From assembly GCA_964247055.1 (NCBI GenBank), contig OZ176053.1, forward strand, positions 7,316,001 through 7,380,000: a stretch of DNA of 64,000 nt. The letters run 5' to 3'. Shown in pieces: positions 52,985 to 64,000 of this stretch; position 1 is the first letter of the stretch, and each line of letters opens with the position of its first letter. The DNA comes from Paragordius varius. Its lineage: Eukaryota > Animalia > Nematomorpha. The position numbers were made by a program, and so were the translations under genes. The notes beneath the pieces were generated by a model, which did no database searches, was not told the origin of the DNA, and worked only from the letters and a program-made list of their open reading frames with translations.

Positions 52985-55900
52985 AACATGTGTGTGTAAT
53001 CTCACAATAGAATAACTATCTTGCTTGAAGATTCAATTGACAATATTAACTACGTGCATCATAAAGTGTTAGAAGCGCTTATATGGTGCGTTTGTGTCGA
53101 AAGTAGGATTTAATTTAACATCACTCTTTTCCTGAAACTGATATATCCCTTTCTTTCACCTCCCTCCCTTGATATTAATTGATCGGCGTGTTTTCGGATG
53201 ATTTTGTTACCATCTTGTATTTCGTATGAGAGTAATTATTCAAAATCCTTCTCGCCAACCATTCACAAGTTCATTATTTATATATATTTTTTCGTTTTCA
53301 TGGTATTGGTGTTTCGGTTGTGCATTGTCTAATAAGTCTGTTTGTTTATATTCTAGCATGTGATTGGTTTGGGGGGTGTGCGTTTTAATAAAAGTTGTGG
53401 GGACAGGTATTTTAGCACTGTGGATGTTAATGCGGAGTCCCTAAAGCATGTTATTTATTTTTGATTGTGGATCACAGTCTTCTGCTGACCGGTAATGATT
53501 TTTGAGGGTATATACTACTCTTTCTACCATTCTGTTCGGTTTTGGATGATAAGAAACTAATGTTACATGTTTAATGTTTCCCGATTCCATGAATTGTTTA
53601 AACTACTGAGATGGAAAGTAAGACGCGTTTATCGGTTACTATTATTCTAGGACATCCAAATCGACTGAAACATTTGTCTAGGAAATTTAAGATATTTTTG
53701 ATCGATATCAAGTTTAACTTCGACCCATCGAGATTAACTGTCAATAAAAACTATTCAATAAAAATTGATCGGGCCTTATATCTAGATGGAATCTCACCAA
53801 TATTGCTGTATTAATGTTCCAATTGTATGGAAATTCAGTTTTGCGCATCGGACGGTTTTCTTGACATTTTTCACACGTATCTACCCTTTTTATGCCTCCA
53901 TGTTATGCTAAAAGACTATTTGTCTTGCTTGTTCGTACATTGCTTTGGACCCCGAGTGTCCGACGTGTAAATATTTACTTCCTGAGATTCAGGAATTATT
54001 ATTCTATCATGCCAATAAGTATTTTCAACATTTCTAAAACTTTGGAATGGGTGTAATATTTTATTGAACCAGTTGTTTGGTCTTAGTGCAATTATTACGT
54101 TTGGGTTGGTTTCGTTTGGCTTCTAATATGGTCACGATTTATGTTGAATAGACTACTATTGTCACTTGCATGTTCTGCTGTTTCAAGACCTTCATTGTCT
54201 TAGTGTTGTGATTCGTCAGCATGCGGGACAATGGATCTGCAATGTTTTTGTGGATTTTAATGCACCGTAGATTGTATATATCCAACGTAGTAGCTTGGAA
54301 TGATTATTTGGTCTAGTTTACGATTATTTCCAAACAGCTTTATTAGTGGTTTGTGATCAGTACACAGTTCAAACATCTTCCCCGTAATAATCGTTTTATT
54401 CAAAAGCGAAAAGTATGGCTGTGCTTCCTTTTTATCACTGAATATTTTTCTTCGGGTTTAGACCACTTTCTTGATGCGTAGGCAATAGGTTTATTTATGC
54501 CCTCCTGCGTGGAGCAAGAGAGTTCTGTTTTAGTCGAGACATCTGTTACAAAGTCCATTAATTTGGACTTTTTTGAGCACCACCAATCAAAATTATAAAT
54601 TTTAATTGATTTCAGCGTTCTAAAACCGAATCTGAAAAAAATTTGATCCCCCCAATCAGGATATTGCAGGTTTTTCAATTATTGAACAAGAAGAAATTGA
54701 CAGAAAATCAAATTTAGCTTTATAAAAAAAGCTATATATTAAATAATTGGTATCATTTAATAAGTTTTAAACTTCATCTTTTAAAAAATATGTCATTTAA
54801 ATACCAGGGAGATTTTTTTAAAGCTAATTTTAAATACGTACTAAAAGCGGTGTTTTGTAGTTTCATCTTTCAGCTTTTACAGAGGCTTTATTTAATTTGT
54901 TAGTTTTGGTTATTTTCAGTATTTATTAGGGTTTTTTTCGTCGGTTGATTCTTACTAAAAATCCTGATATTTATACCTAGTGGATATTATTTATTTTGAA
55001 AATGATTGGATGCGGTATAATTTGAATTTCAGATGGATGTTGGGGGTTACTTTTATTACCAGAATGATAGATTTTCTACCATATTGAAATACAATATGAC
55101 CACTTGAACTTATCTAATCTTCTTATCTAATTTAATGGTCAAAATTGTCTAACTCTATTCTGTGAATTTAGATTTTTAATATTTTTGATTTTTAATAATT
55201 TGGCTCTTAGCTTTAATTCTATATATTCGTATCTTTTATTTAATAAATAGAATTTTAATTATATTCAATAAATTGAATATTTATTTATTGTATGTCTATT
55301 TCTATCAAATAACAAGCCCGCTCGATAAGACGTAGTGCGTCAAAGAAATAACAAACCTACAGCAGCAATTAAGCATTTTATATTTTTTAATATAAAGATC
55401 GCTGACATTTTTAGATAAAATTTTATTATATGGATCATCAATAACATTTTTTGTAGAGTCTTCGTTAATAAATATCTTCTGTGGTTTAGTATATTGGGTC
55501 TGTTATATTTGAATCATTTTTGCATTTTTATTATAAAATTATAATGAAAATACCTGGCTCTGAAATACCACTTGTATTGACTTGCTCGTTTAAATATTGA
55601 AATATATGTACACGATGAATAATTGTTTTTATTAATTAAATAAAAATTAAAAAATCCTATTGGCATCCTCATTTTTTTTGTTGTAGCCTTTCCATGATAT
55701 TAGGTAACAGAAAATACGAAGAAATGGGGTGCTGTGAAACCTTATTTCGCAGTATTATAGAAACACTTGAACCTGTGTCCATAATCATGCGTATTGGCTT
55801 ACAATTAATTATTAATGTTATCTTAGGGGTGGCTTCACATTCGATGTGCTGAACATTGCAATAATTTTTTTCTTACAGTGTAGTTGGAGGTCATTCCAGT

Positions 55901-56555
55901 CATGACCTAAACGGCAGAATCGATACTTGTTCTGATATTTCCCAGCTTTTGTCTGAAACATGTTGCCATCGATTAGTACTAATTGAGGTGCCTATTCATA
56001 ATTGAGAGCAATGTCTATCACTTGTTTTAGGGTTAGGGTTCGTTTTCCCACATGTTCCCTCTACGAAGCTTGAAGTTGTATTTAACGTAGCTTTGACTCG
56101 TAAAAAAATTTAATGTTACATTCTCTTTCGATGAAGTTTTACGAAATCAAATCTGGCCTGGGATATATTCGTCCCATTCGATTCGTAATTTTTTGCCAGC
56201 TTCAATGATATCGGGTCAGATGATATTGTCGCGCGAATTTGAAAAAAGAAGTTCTTTTTTGACCGACATTCCTGCCTAAGCGAGAAATAACGTCCTGCAA
56301 TTGTTGTCGCTTGTCCTCATGTCTTTTGCAGCTAAAATTCGCTGAATGTATAAAACATATCGGCCAAAATTTTTATTTTAATTAAGGCTGTCTAGAGAAA
56401 TTTCTTCCTATACATGTTTGTATAATATCACAATACTTGAATTATTATTAACTATTTTTCTTGAAAATACAATTAACAGTATTAACTAGGTGTATTATAA
56501 AGTGTTTTGTAAGTGTACGTGCGTTTGTGTCCACGAAAAATTGATCTAATTTTTG
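52985..56555 (-). mobile_element. Decayed Ty3/Gypsy LTR retrotransposon: 5' LTR about 56412-56555, gag, protease, RT absent, RNase H, integrase, PPT 53121-53133, 3' LTR about 52985-53120
   Basis: Protease IRMIMDTGSSVSII (DTG at 55771-55779). RNase H: FVTDVS, KPIAYASRKWSKPEEKYSVI, CTDHKPLIKLFG, NIADPLSR. Integrase: LHVGHSG, CEKCQ, SRWVEV, FSRFGCPRIIVTD, YHPKPNRMVEK. Gag: TLTLKQVIDIALNYE. The two LTR segments align (ATTAACTA(C/G)GTG(C/T)AT(C/T)ATAAAGTGTT, GTGCGTTTGTGTC), and a purine tract precedes TGTT of the 3' LTR. Confidence 0.88.
54560..55740. mobile_element. Second copy of the 1.1-kb element, occupying the position of the Gypsy RT domain
   Basis: Collinear with 41063-42184; the termini seen in copy 1 are not recognisable; it has its own AT-rich insert at about 55220-55570. 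Confidence 0.7.
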
Positions 56556-56844
56556 ACCCTCTTATATACACAATTATTTTAATTATGCTACAAAATATTT
56601 AACGTATTTAATAAAGTGAAACGTTGTACACATGTTAAATTAGTAAGTAAAATTTAATCTTCATTTATTTATAATTTGATCTATAGATTGTTTTGGTAAG
56701 GGGAGAGTATCTGCAATAAATTAAATTGTAATTTTTCTGAAGTTATTCTTTTTGTGTAACTACTGAATTATCCAAATTTGGCGGTAATTTGGATTTTTCT
56801 GTTATGAATGGCTCCATATTTGGCTGTTTAATTGCATTTCTTTT

Positions 56845-57280
56845 TTCGATTTTCCTTTGTAACAGGGAGTTAGTCAAAATGTGGCGGCATTTTAACTAAA
56901 TTAAATCCCAACTGACTCACCATATCTTTTTGTCTATAATTACTAGAATATTTGGCGGTTTGCGATTTTCCTTTGTAACCAGGGAGTTAGTCAAAATGTG
57001 GCGGCATTTTAACTAACTTAAAACCCAACTGACTCACCATATCTCTTTCTCTCTAATTACTAGAATATTTGGCGGTTTGCGATTTTCCTTTGTAACCAGG
57101 GAGTTAGTCAAAATGTGGCGGCATTTTAACTAACTTAAAACCCAACTGACTCACCATATCTTTTTCTCTCTAATTACTAGAATATTTGGCGGTTTTCGAT
57201 TTTCCTTTGTAACCAGGGAGTTAGTCAGAATGTGGCGGCATTTTAACTAACTTAAAACCCAACTGACGCACCATATCTCT
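56845..57280 (+). repeat. Tandem array of about 3.7 copies of a 117-bp unit, each containing a 14-bp-stem hairpin
   Basis: GATTTTCCTTTGT starts at 56848, 56964, 57081 and 57198; units are nearly identical. Confidence 0.95.
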
Positions 57281-58195
57281 CGGTCATTTTTAAAAGTTAC
57301 TGATGTTCCCAAGGAAAATAAGGTTTGCGAACTATCCTTATTCCAGATTCATTGTTGGAATCGGATATTGGGGTTTCCGAAACTCTATTTTTACGAACAA
57401 AACAATTTGCACATTAAAATATAATAGGAATTATTAATCATTATGCATAATTTTATCTGACAAATAAAAAAAATAGTATTTCGTGACTTTAGTAAAAAAA
57501 TTCAAAAAATATATCCTGTAAGAAACTATACATTGCTACTTTTTCATTAAGTTTCGCAAGATTGCATTTACTGTAAAAATCAATATAATATATATAACTT
57601 GTGATAAATATACTATAGGTAACATAATAAAACCTTAGATTGGTTATTTTAGCATTAGTTTAAAATTATTGGTTAGTACTGTAAAATATAAAATCTTGTG
57701 TTTATAATTATTATTTCTAATTATGGAGTTATTTAAGATATCCTTGCTTTTGTATTTATATTGTTTGAAAGGAATAGGATTACAATTTTAGGATCGGATC
57801 GTATGTTTAATAATTGAATTTGAATGGAAGTAAAAAATATATTAATAATCGTTGTTTTTTAATTGTTTTAAGGCATACATTTTTGTGTAGTCCAATTAAT
57901 TTCTTAGAAAGTATTAACTTAAGCACGACACGTTATTGTAAAATAATCAACTAAAAACTATCCTAAAAATTAAATTATCAAACTCGAAACTATTCAATAT
58001 AAATGTAAACTTTAGAGTTTTTTATAGATTTCTCACTTTATTTTTAAAATTTAATTAATTTTTATATATAAATTAAACCCAAACTCAAAAATATTTAGTA
58101 TTTCTATTACGAATACACTTAGTCTATTATATTCGGAATCGTATGATTATTTATATGAATATAAATTATATTTCTAAATTTTTGTAAGAAAATTC

Positions 58196-58984
58196 TTACG
58201 GTGAATTGAAATTTGTATCACTTGCGAATTTTTTACGCTGAAGAGACCTTGAGCGTAAAAATTCGGCCTGACCGATCTCGGATGCACTGATTACGTTTCT
58301 TAATTGGGCGATTTTTTTCTTCAAACTAATTTGTTCAAAATTAATCGGGGATATGCAATCGATTCGTTCCCTCAGGAATTCCGGTATCAGTTTCTGATAT
58401 TTCACTGGTTTTGCATTATTTGATGTCCTTGGCTTGTTGTCACTATCAATCTTATCTTCAGATGTGGTTGGAGTTGTTTCTTCTTGTAAATCATTTGTCA
58501 TTGGTGGCGTGTCATTATACAAAAATGTGGACCGTTTTAGCCGTTTTGTTGAAGGAATATTATATCTTTCTTGCCAATAGGCTATTGTTATATTTTTGAA
58601 TGCATATGATTGTAATATAATATTTCAAATTTGACAAAAATATGTGACAATTAACCAAATCTTTGTATTATGTGCTGCTGGTCCCGAGATTTTGTAAACT
58701 TTTTTAAATTTATAGTTAATTAATATTTTGAATTGAAATCTATAATTTAAGTAAAGTAATAGAGCTTAAAATCTTTTAAAAGAAATAAATAAATATCTAA
58801 TTTAATTAAAATGATAATCTTAATGAAGTTAAACCGTATAGTAATGGGTGTTTTAAAATGTTTAAATTATTTATTTATTACCTTTTTTAGCGGAATAATT
58901 TATGAATGGTTTGCCTTCGACATATCTTCCTGTGTCACTATTGGACATAGCCACTGGGCTGTCTTCTGAAGCTCTAATATTCAT
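58196..58984 (-). CDS. Unknown protein, paralogue 1 (about 162 aa); join(58984..58882, 58581..58196); C-terminal motif shared with the neighbour, IN-box-like
   Basis: ATG at 58984, a phase-1 donor (G|GTAATA) and a phase-1 acceptor (AATAG|CC) give an open 489-nt CDS. IPSTKRLKRS and the last about 70 aa align with the 59213 ORF. Confidence 0.65.
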
Positions 58985-59212
58985 ATCAACGTGTAATCAT
59001 TAATATTAATTTATAGAATATATATCTTTTACGCTTTATCTTCCACTCTGATAAAATTTTTTTGACAGTTTTAGTTAGTGTTTTAGGAATCAAAAAATGA
59101 TATTAAAGTTATATACATGTTACCAAATCTTAACAATCATTTAAAAAGCTGATAATTTAAGGCCCAAATTACTAAACAAACAGTATAGTAGGACATGATG
59201 TGTCAAAAACTC

Positions 59213-60448
59213 TTACGGAGAATTATAATTAATATTGGAAGTAAATTTTTTGGGTGGCAGTTTTGAACGTGATCGTGAAATTTCAGCGCGTCCTATGATT
59301 GAGGATTTAAGAATTAGTCGCAATTTATTAAGTTTTTTGTTTAAAAAAAAATTCTCAAAGTCTATGGGCGGCCAATCGGCTTCTTTTCTTATATAATCTG
59401 GTATCCATTTTTTTAATTTTACTGGTTTTGGATTTAATGTGGAAATCGTGTTATCACAAATCTGATTTTCAGATCTAGTCATGGTTGCATCAGGTATAAC
59501 TATTGTTGAATCACTATTTAACAAAGAAGGTTGTTTTAACCGTTTGGAAGGCATAATTGTTTTTTCGCACTCATTTGTTGTTATTATGTTTTGAACAGGC
59601 TTTGAAGGTTTTTTCGTATGCATAGTGGTTTCGAAATTGATTTTTGCTGTACAATTAGACCGTTTTAACCCTTTTTTTGAAGGCATAACTGTTACTGGGG
59701 AATTATTATAAGATGTGGCTATTATATTAGAAACAATCGTATCTAAATGTTTTTCTGCAGGCGTAAGAGTTTCGAGGATATTATTAATTGTTGCTGTACT
59801 ATTGTTTGACAAAGCAGACTGCTTTAACTCTTTTGTTGTATGTATTGTAATTTCTCGGGGTTTATTACTTACAGTAGCAGAGCTATTAATTAATTTCGAA
59901 GAATCTGTTGAAATGTTTTTGTTTAATGTCTGGGTAGGAACATTTGTTTCCGGTACTATTACTGAATCATTATCAGACTGATTTTGTGAAGGATGATCCG
60001 TTACAATTGTGAGTTTGTTGCATCTTAATCTTTTATTTGCAACATATTTTTTTAATTTTTTTCCAGTTTGCTTTTTTCTCTTAGGTGCTTTGTTTTTTGT
60101 AGTAATAGTAGTTTTAATTTTTCGTTTTTCACTGACCTTTCTACCGTTTATCGTTGTATTTCTTTTTCCTTTGTTATTTTTGGAGTTGGAACGCTTCTTT
60201 TGAGTTATAGAGTGTTTTTTCGAATTCCTTCCACCTTTTTTATTTTTCACCGTTTTAATTTTAGTGCTTTTAGTGCTCTTTTTGGGTGCTTTTCGTTTCT
60301 TGAGATGTCGCTTTTTATTTGCCAAAGGAGGTTGAGGTTGACGCTTGCACATTTTTTTCTTACTCTGCTTTTTTGTTTTGTTCTTTTTGTTTTTTGAACA
60401 ATTCATCTTTATCTTTCGCTTTTTAGCTTTCGAAATTTCGCAATTCAT
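59213..60448 (-). CDS. Unknown protein, paralogue 2 (about 411 aa): Lys/Arg-rich N-terminus, Ser/Thr/Asn-rich linker, C-terminal IN-box-like motif
   Basis: Uninterrupted ORF, first ATG at 60448. C-terminus KPVKLKKWIPDY...KKFTSNINYNSP aligns with KPVKYQKLIPEF...KKFASDTNFNSP of paralogue 1. Confidence 0.8.
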   Translation of the reverse strand: MNCEISKAKKRKIKMNCSKNKKNKTKKQSKKKMCKRQPQPPLANKKRHLKKRKAPKKSTKSTKIKTVKNKKGGRNSKKHSITQKKRSNSKNNKGKRNTTINGRKVSEKRKIKTTITTKNKAPKRKKQTGKKLKKYVANKRLRCNKLTIVTDHPSQNQSDNDSVIVPETNVPTQTLNKNISTDSSKLINSSATVSNKPREITIHTTKELKQSALSNNSTATINNILETLTPAEKHLDTIVSNIIATSYNNSPVTVMPSKKGLKRSNCTAKINFETTMHTKKPSKPVQNIITTNECEKTIMPSKRLKQPSLLNSDSTIVIPDATMTRSENQICDNTISTLNPKPVKLKKWIPDYIRKEADWPPIDFENFFLNKKLNKLRLILKSSIIGRAEISRSRSKLPPKKFTSNINYNSP

Positions 60449-60892
60449 TAATATCAAATTATGATTTTAAATATTTGTTTTAAATTTTAGATGGTGTAAC
60501 AATGAAAACGTTTAAAGTTTTGATTATTGATTACACTCATATCAATAATATTCATAGTATATATTACTAGCTGCGCACTGACGTATTGCGTGATTTAGTC
60601 AAGATTAAAAAAATTTAACCATTTGTTAATCATTGCATAAAAAACTACATAAATAAAATTTATATAAAGCACAATTTAAAGCATCCATATAGGGATATTT
60701 AAAACATCTTTCCGGGTCGCGCATTTTTGACTCAATAAACCGGCGGGCCGCATTTAAATATGTATGGGCACTCAAAAATATTTTATTCAATTTAAGTAAA
60801 AAATACAAGCACGATAAAAAAATTTTCGTTATCAATTCAATAGGCTAATTTGATAAAATGTTTAAGAAATATTAATTTTCTAAAAAATTATG

Positions 60893-61945
60893 GATTTCCG
60901 AATTTTTCGCGGGCACGCACACGGTCTCTTTGGGCCAGGATAATTATTTTTTTTCGAAATAACTTTATTTAATCTCTAGCATACATAAAAAATTTAAAGC
61001 AATCCTGGAGATTTTGCTTTTAGATTAAAAAACTTATCTATTCTAATAGAATATAACACCATGGGCTGCAATATAAATATTAATGAATTGATATATCATT
61101 CGATAGCTAAAGGTTTCAGGTTAATTAATATTAAAATGATATATGCGGTAAAAATACTAAAAAGGGTATGTATTTCTGTTAATAGCCAAAATTAAATTTT
61201 TTTTCATCTCACATTAGGTCCAATAAAATTAAATACAATAGATGAAAAAGCGTTAATTAAATTTTATTTGTTTATGTATAGAATATTAGTTACAAACGCA
61301 ATGTTATCAATTAAGATTCTTCTTTTTTTGGGAGCTCACCAAGACCAAAAATATAAGGTCAAAAATATCATTTCAGCGTAAATTTATATAAATCATAAAT
61401 TTGTTAATATACGGTAAACGATATTGATTTTTATCAAAACAATCATATATTAAATCTTAATAAAGTTATAGAGTTTCGCCAATAAGCCTCCAAAAAATTA
61501 AGCCCTATAAAAACAAAATGTTTCGATAATTTCCATCAAGGCTAAAGCTCAAATATTATATTAATCCCTTTTTCATTCGATTCGATGCAGAAAAAAGGAT
61601 CTATCGACGTTTTTTGATTTCGGGAATTTTTGTGCTCTAATGCCGCTTGATAAACAAAGTCATATTCACTTTTGTGTAAACTGCTCCATATCTGAAAATA
61701 GCAAGATTTATCATTTTGTGAAGAAAACTTTTTTTGATGAAAGCCAAAAGCTTCATTCAAAAAATATCACTAAAATGTATCGTATAATACATATAAGCAA
61801 AACACATTGGATTGTGTCTAAAAAATATCAACATCTGAGAGCATATTTTTGCAAAATATAGATTCTCGAATTTTTCGCGGGCCGCACACAATGTCTCGGA
61901 GACCGTACAAAATTTCAATTTTTTCAAAAATAACTTTGATATTCC
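60893..61945 (+). repeat. Pair of about 80-bp diverged direct repeats (60893-60975 and 61861-61945), probably transposon subterminal debris
   Basis: GATT(T/C)(C/T)CGAATTTTTCGCGGG(C)(A/C)CGCACAC...TTTT(C)(G/A)AA(A)TAACTTT in both copies. Confidence 0.55.
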
Positions 61946-64000
61946 AGATCTTAATGTTGTCAATAAACTACTGTTTTAAATTTTTTTTTGTTAATAATTG
62001 ACAAACATGGTACTGCTGTATTAGATAAAATTTATTATTTTATTTGTTCCTCCTAGAGTCTATAATTGGGAAGCTTAAAGCACGATTGAACAAAACAGCT
62101 GATTTTAATTATAAATATCAAGTTTTTGCAGGTAAAATCAAGCTGAATTGAGCATGGTGGAATGAAAAAGACTTAAAGATATTAGAAAACATCCTAAGAT
62201 AAGGGTATCCTTTCTTAGTTACATATAAAACTATTTGGAGCTTTGCCTAAAATGTGTTCTTTAGGAACGTTTGACGTAGGGGCATAGACTACTATGTATA
62301 CAATTATAAGTGACTTAGCAGTTAGTTCAATATTATACTGGTCGTATATGGTGCATAACTATTGAGATTTTTATTCGATTCGTTTTTGATTAATACTTAA
62401 ATCTCTTCTATTATTGGTTTTTTCTCCCCAATATTAAAGGTATATTTTTCGTTTTGTTTTTTCCCGCTAACTTTTTGATTAGGTACCGTTAAACCAAATA
62501 AATCCAATCTTTTAGTGTCGCTTTCAATTTTAACCTGTTTGGTTTCTGTCAACCAACTTTAAAAGAATCTTATTCGATCGTAAAAAATAGCCATACGGTC
62601 GTATGTGTTCTACATCGGGATAATACTTTCCATATGCTGGAGTTAAAGCTAGAATTCGATTTAACCACGATAGGAACATTTATTAATCGAATCGTCAAAA
62701 TAATAAACATTGTCTCTTAAACTTTTGGAATGTGCTGCAATCCCATGACTTTTATCAGTAAATATATTTCAAATTTTAATTAAAAATAATGGCGAAAATT
62801 TGAAATTAATTTTGAGATAATAAGTATTCTTCGGCATCTAATGGAAAAAGTGTTTTTGTATATTTTATGGTGATTTTTCTACCGTTTTTATATGTGTAAA
62901 GCCCAGTATGTAGTTGAAAAATTAACTTTAAAAGTTATTTCAACATACAAAAACAAATGATCAGGTAATTTGCGTTTATATTAAAGAGCCGATATTAACA
63001 GTTATTATTAAATATTTTCAAATAAGCTCATGTATGAAAATCATATCTTGAATAAATATAATTTAGGGCATGTATTGACGGAATAAACTGTTATCAAACA
63101 TGCATTTAAAAAAGGGTGTGCGATTTTCTATTAGGATAAATAGGGTTTTCTTGAATAACTTCCAAGCTCATAAACCAAAACCAATATGAGAATCACAATA
63201 CATTTTACTTTTATATGATAAAATAAACAATGAAAGGGATAAAAAGTGTACAACAGCAATCAGAAACTTTTCGACCGTCGGGTCTTTAAAACAATTTTTT
63301 TATGCGGCTGACATTATAATCTAAGTTTAAGGATGTTTAAATATTATATAATAATTACTGTGTTCGCAGAATCGATAAATCAACAGCTTCTATAAATGCA
63401 TTTTAACGTTTTTTAATCTGATATGGTTTTGATAAACAGCTAATTTCATTATCCCTAATATTTTCAAAAATTAGTGCGCATAATGATTCAGGAAATATAG
63501 ATTTTATGTCTTTATCGTGATTCATATATATTATTTTGACTTTTATGTCCGCGTCGTAACGGCAACGCAATTAATCGATGAAACACTGAGACATTCGTTA
63601 AAAATTAACAGTATTTTACTGTAATAATAATAAAAAATGGTCGAACCCTCTTACATAAGCACTACAATTATCTTTATTCTTTTTGTACTTAATATTTAAA
63701 GGATTTAACCATTTAATAAAGTGGATTGTCATATAATTGTTCAATTATTAGGTATATCTGTATATTAACATGCATATATGAGACAGTATAAAATTGTTTA
63801 ATGTTAGGGGCATTACTCGAAGGGTTACGCGGGAAAGGTCAAAATTGGAATTACTTTTTCCCATTATGTTTCTTTTAGCGCTCTCTAATTTGTTGAAATT
63901 TTAAGAGGACTAACGAAATTAAACGCTAAAAAAGGGCCGTTCCGCTTTTATAGAATTATAATGAATTACCACACCTACCAAATACAATAATTAAAATAAA

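Noticed and set aside
56026-56040. TTAGGGTTAGGGTT telomeric seed
   Set aside because: It is the antisense of Gypsy gag codons ACC CTA ACC CTA (TLTL).
56845-57280. CRISPR array or repetitive coding region
   Set aside because: Inter-hairpin sequences are identical rather than unique spacers, and no ORF spans the array.
59715-60397. Hydrophobic + strand ORFs suggesting membrane proteins
   Set aside because: Antisense shadows of the Lys-rich minus-strand gene (AAA codons read as TTT).
1-64000. Prokaryotic or ciliate origin
   Set aside because: Spliced metazoan-type genes and eukaryotic TEs are present. Long ORFs contain no in-frame TAA/TAG and end at TAA/TGA, arguing against the ciliate code despite Paramecium-like intron sizes.

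Overview
Very AT-rich eukaryotic (animal-like) genomic DNA read with the standard genetic code; no prokaryotic, rRNA, tRNA or CRISPR features were found. Manual splicing gives six protein genes: the 5' part of an HTATSF1/Tat-SF1 homologue (-), a complete MLX bHLH-ZIP gene (+, 5 exons, about 222 aa), a C2HC zinc-finger/AT-hook gene (-, 5' end unresolved), a 12-exon N4BP2-like gene (-, PNK-CUE-DUF1771-Smr, about 946 aa) and two tandem paralogues sharing a C-terminal motif that resembles the INCENP IN-box. The most striking property is a class of ultra-short 20-27 nt GT-AG introns. These coexist with 0.1-3.5 kb introns and intergenic DNA full of transposon debris: a Mos1-like mariner, a Ty3/Gypsy element with both LTRs whose RT is replaced by a DNA-element copy, an RTE-type RT remnant, several MITE families, and a young 117-bp hairpin tandem array. 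Tiny introns plus metazoan genes would fit a myxozoan- or dicyemid-like parasite, but the organism cannot be identified from the sequence alone. All homology calls are from recalled motifs, not database searches.
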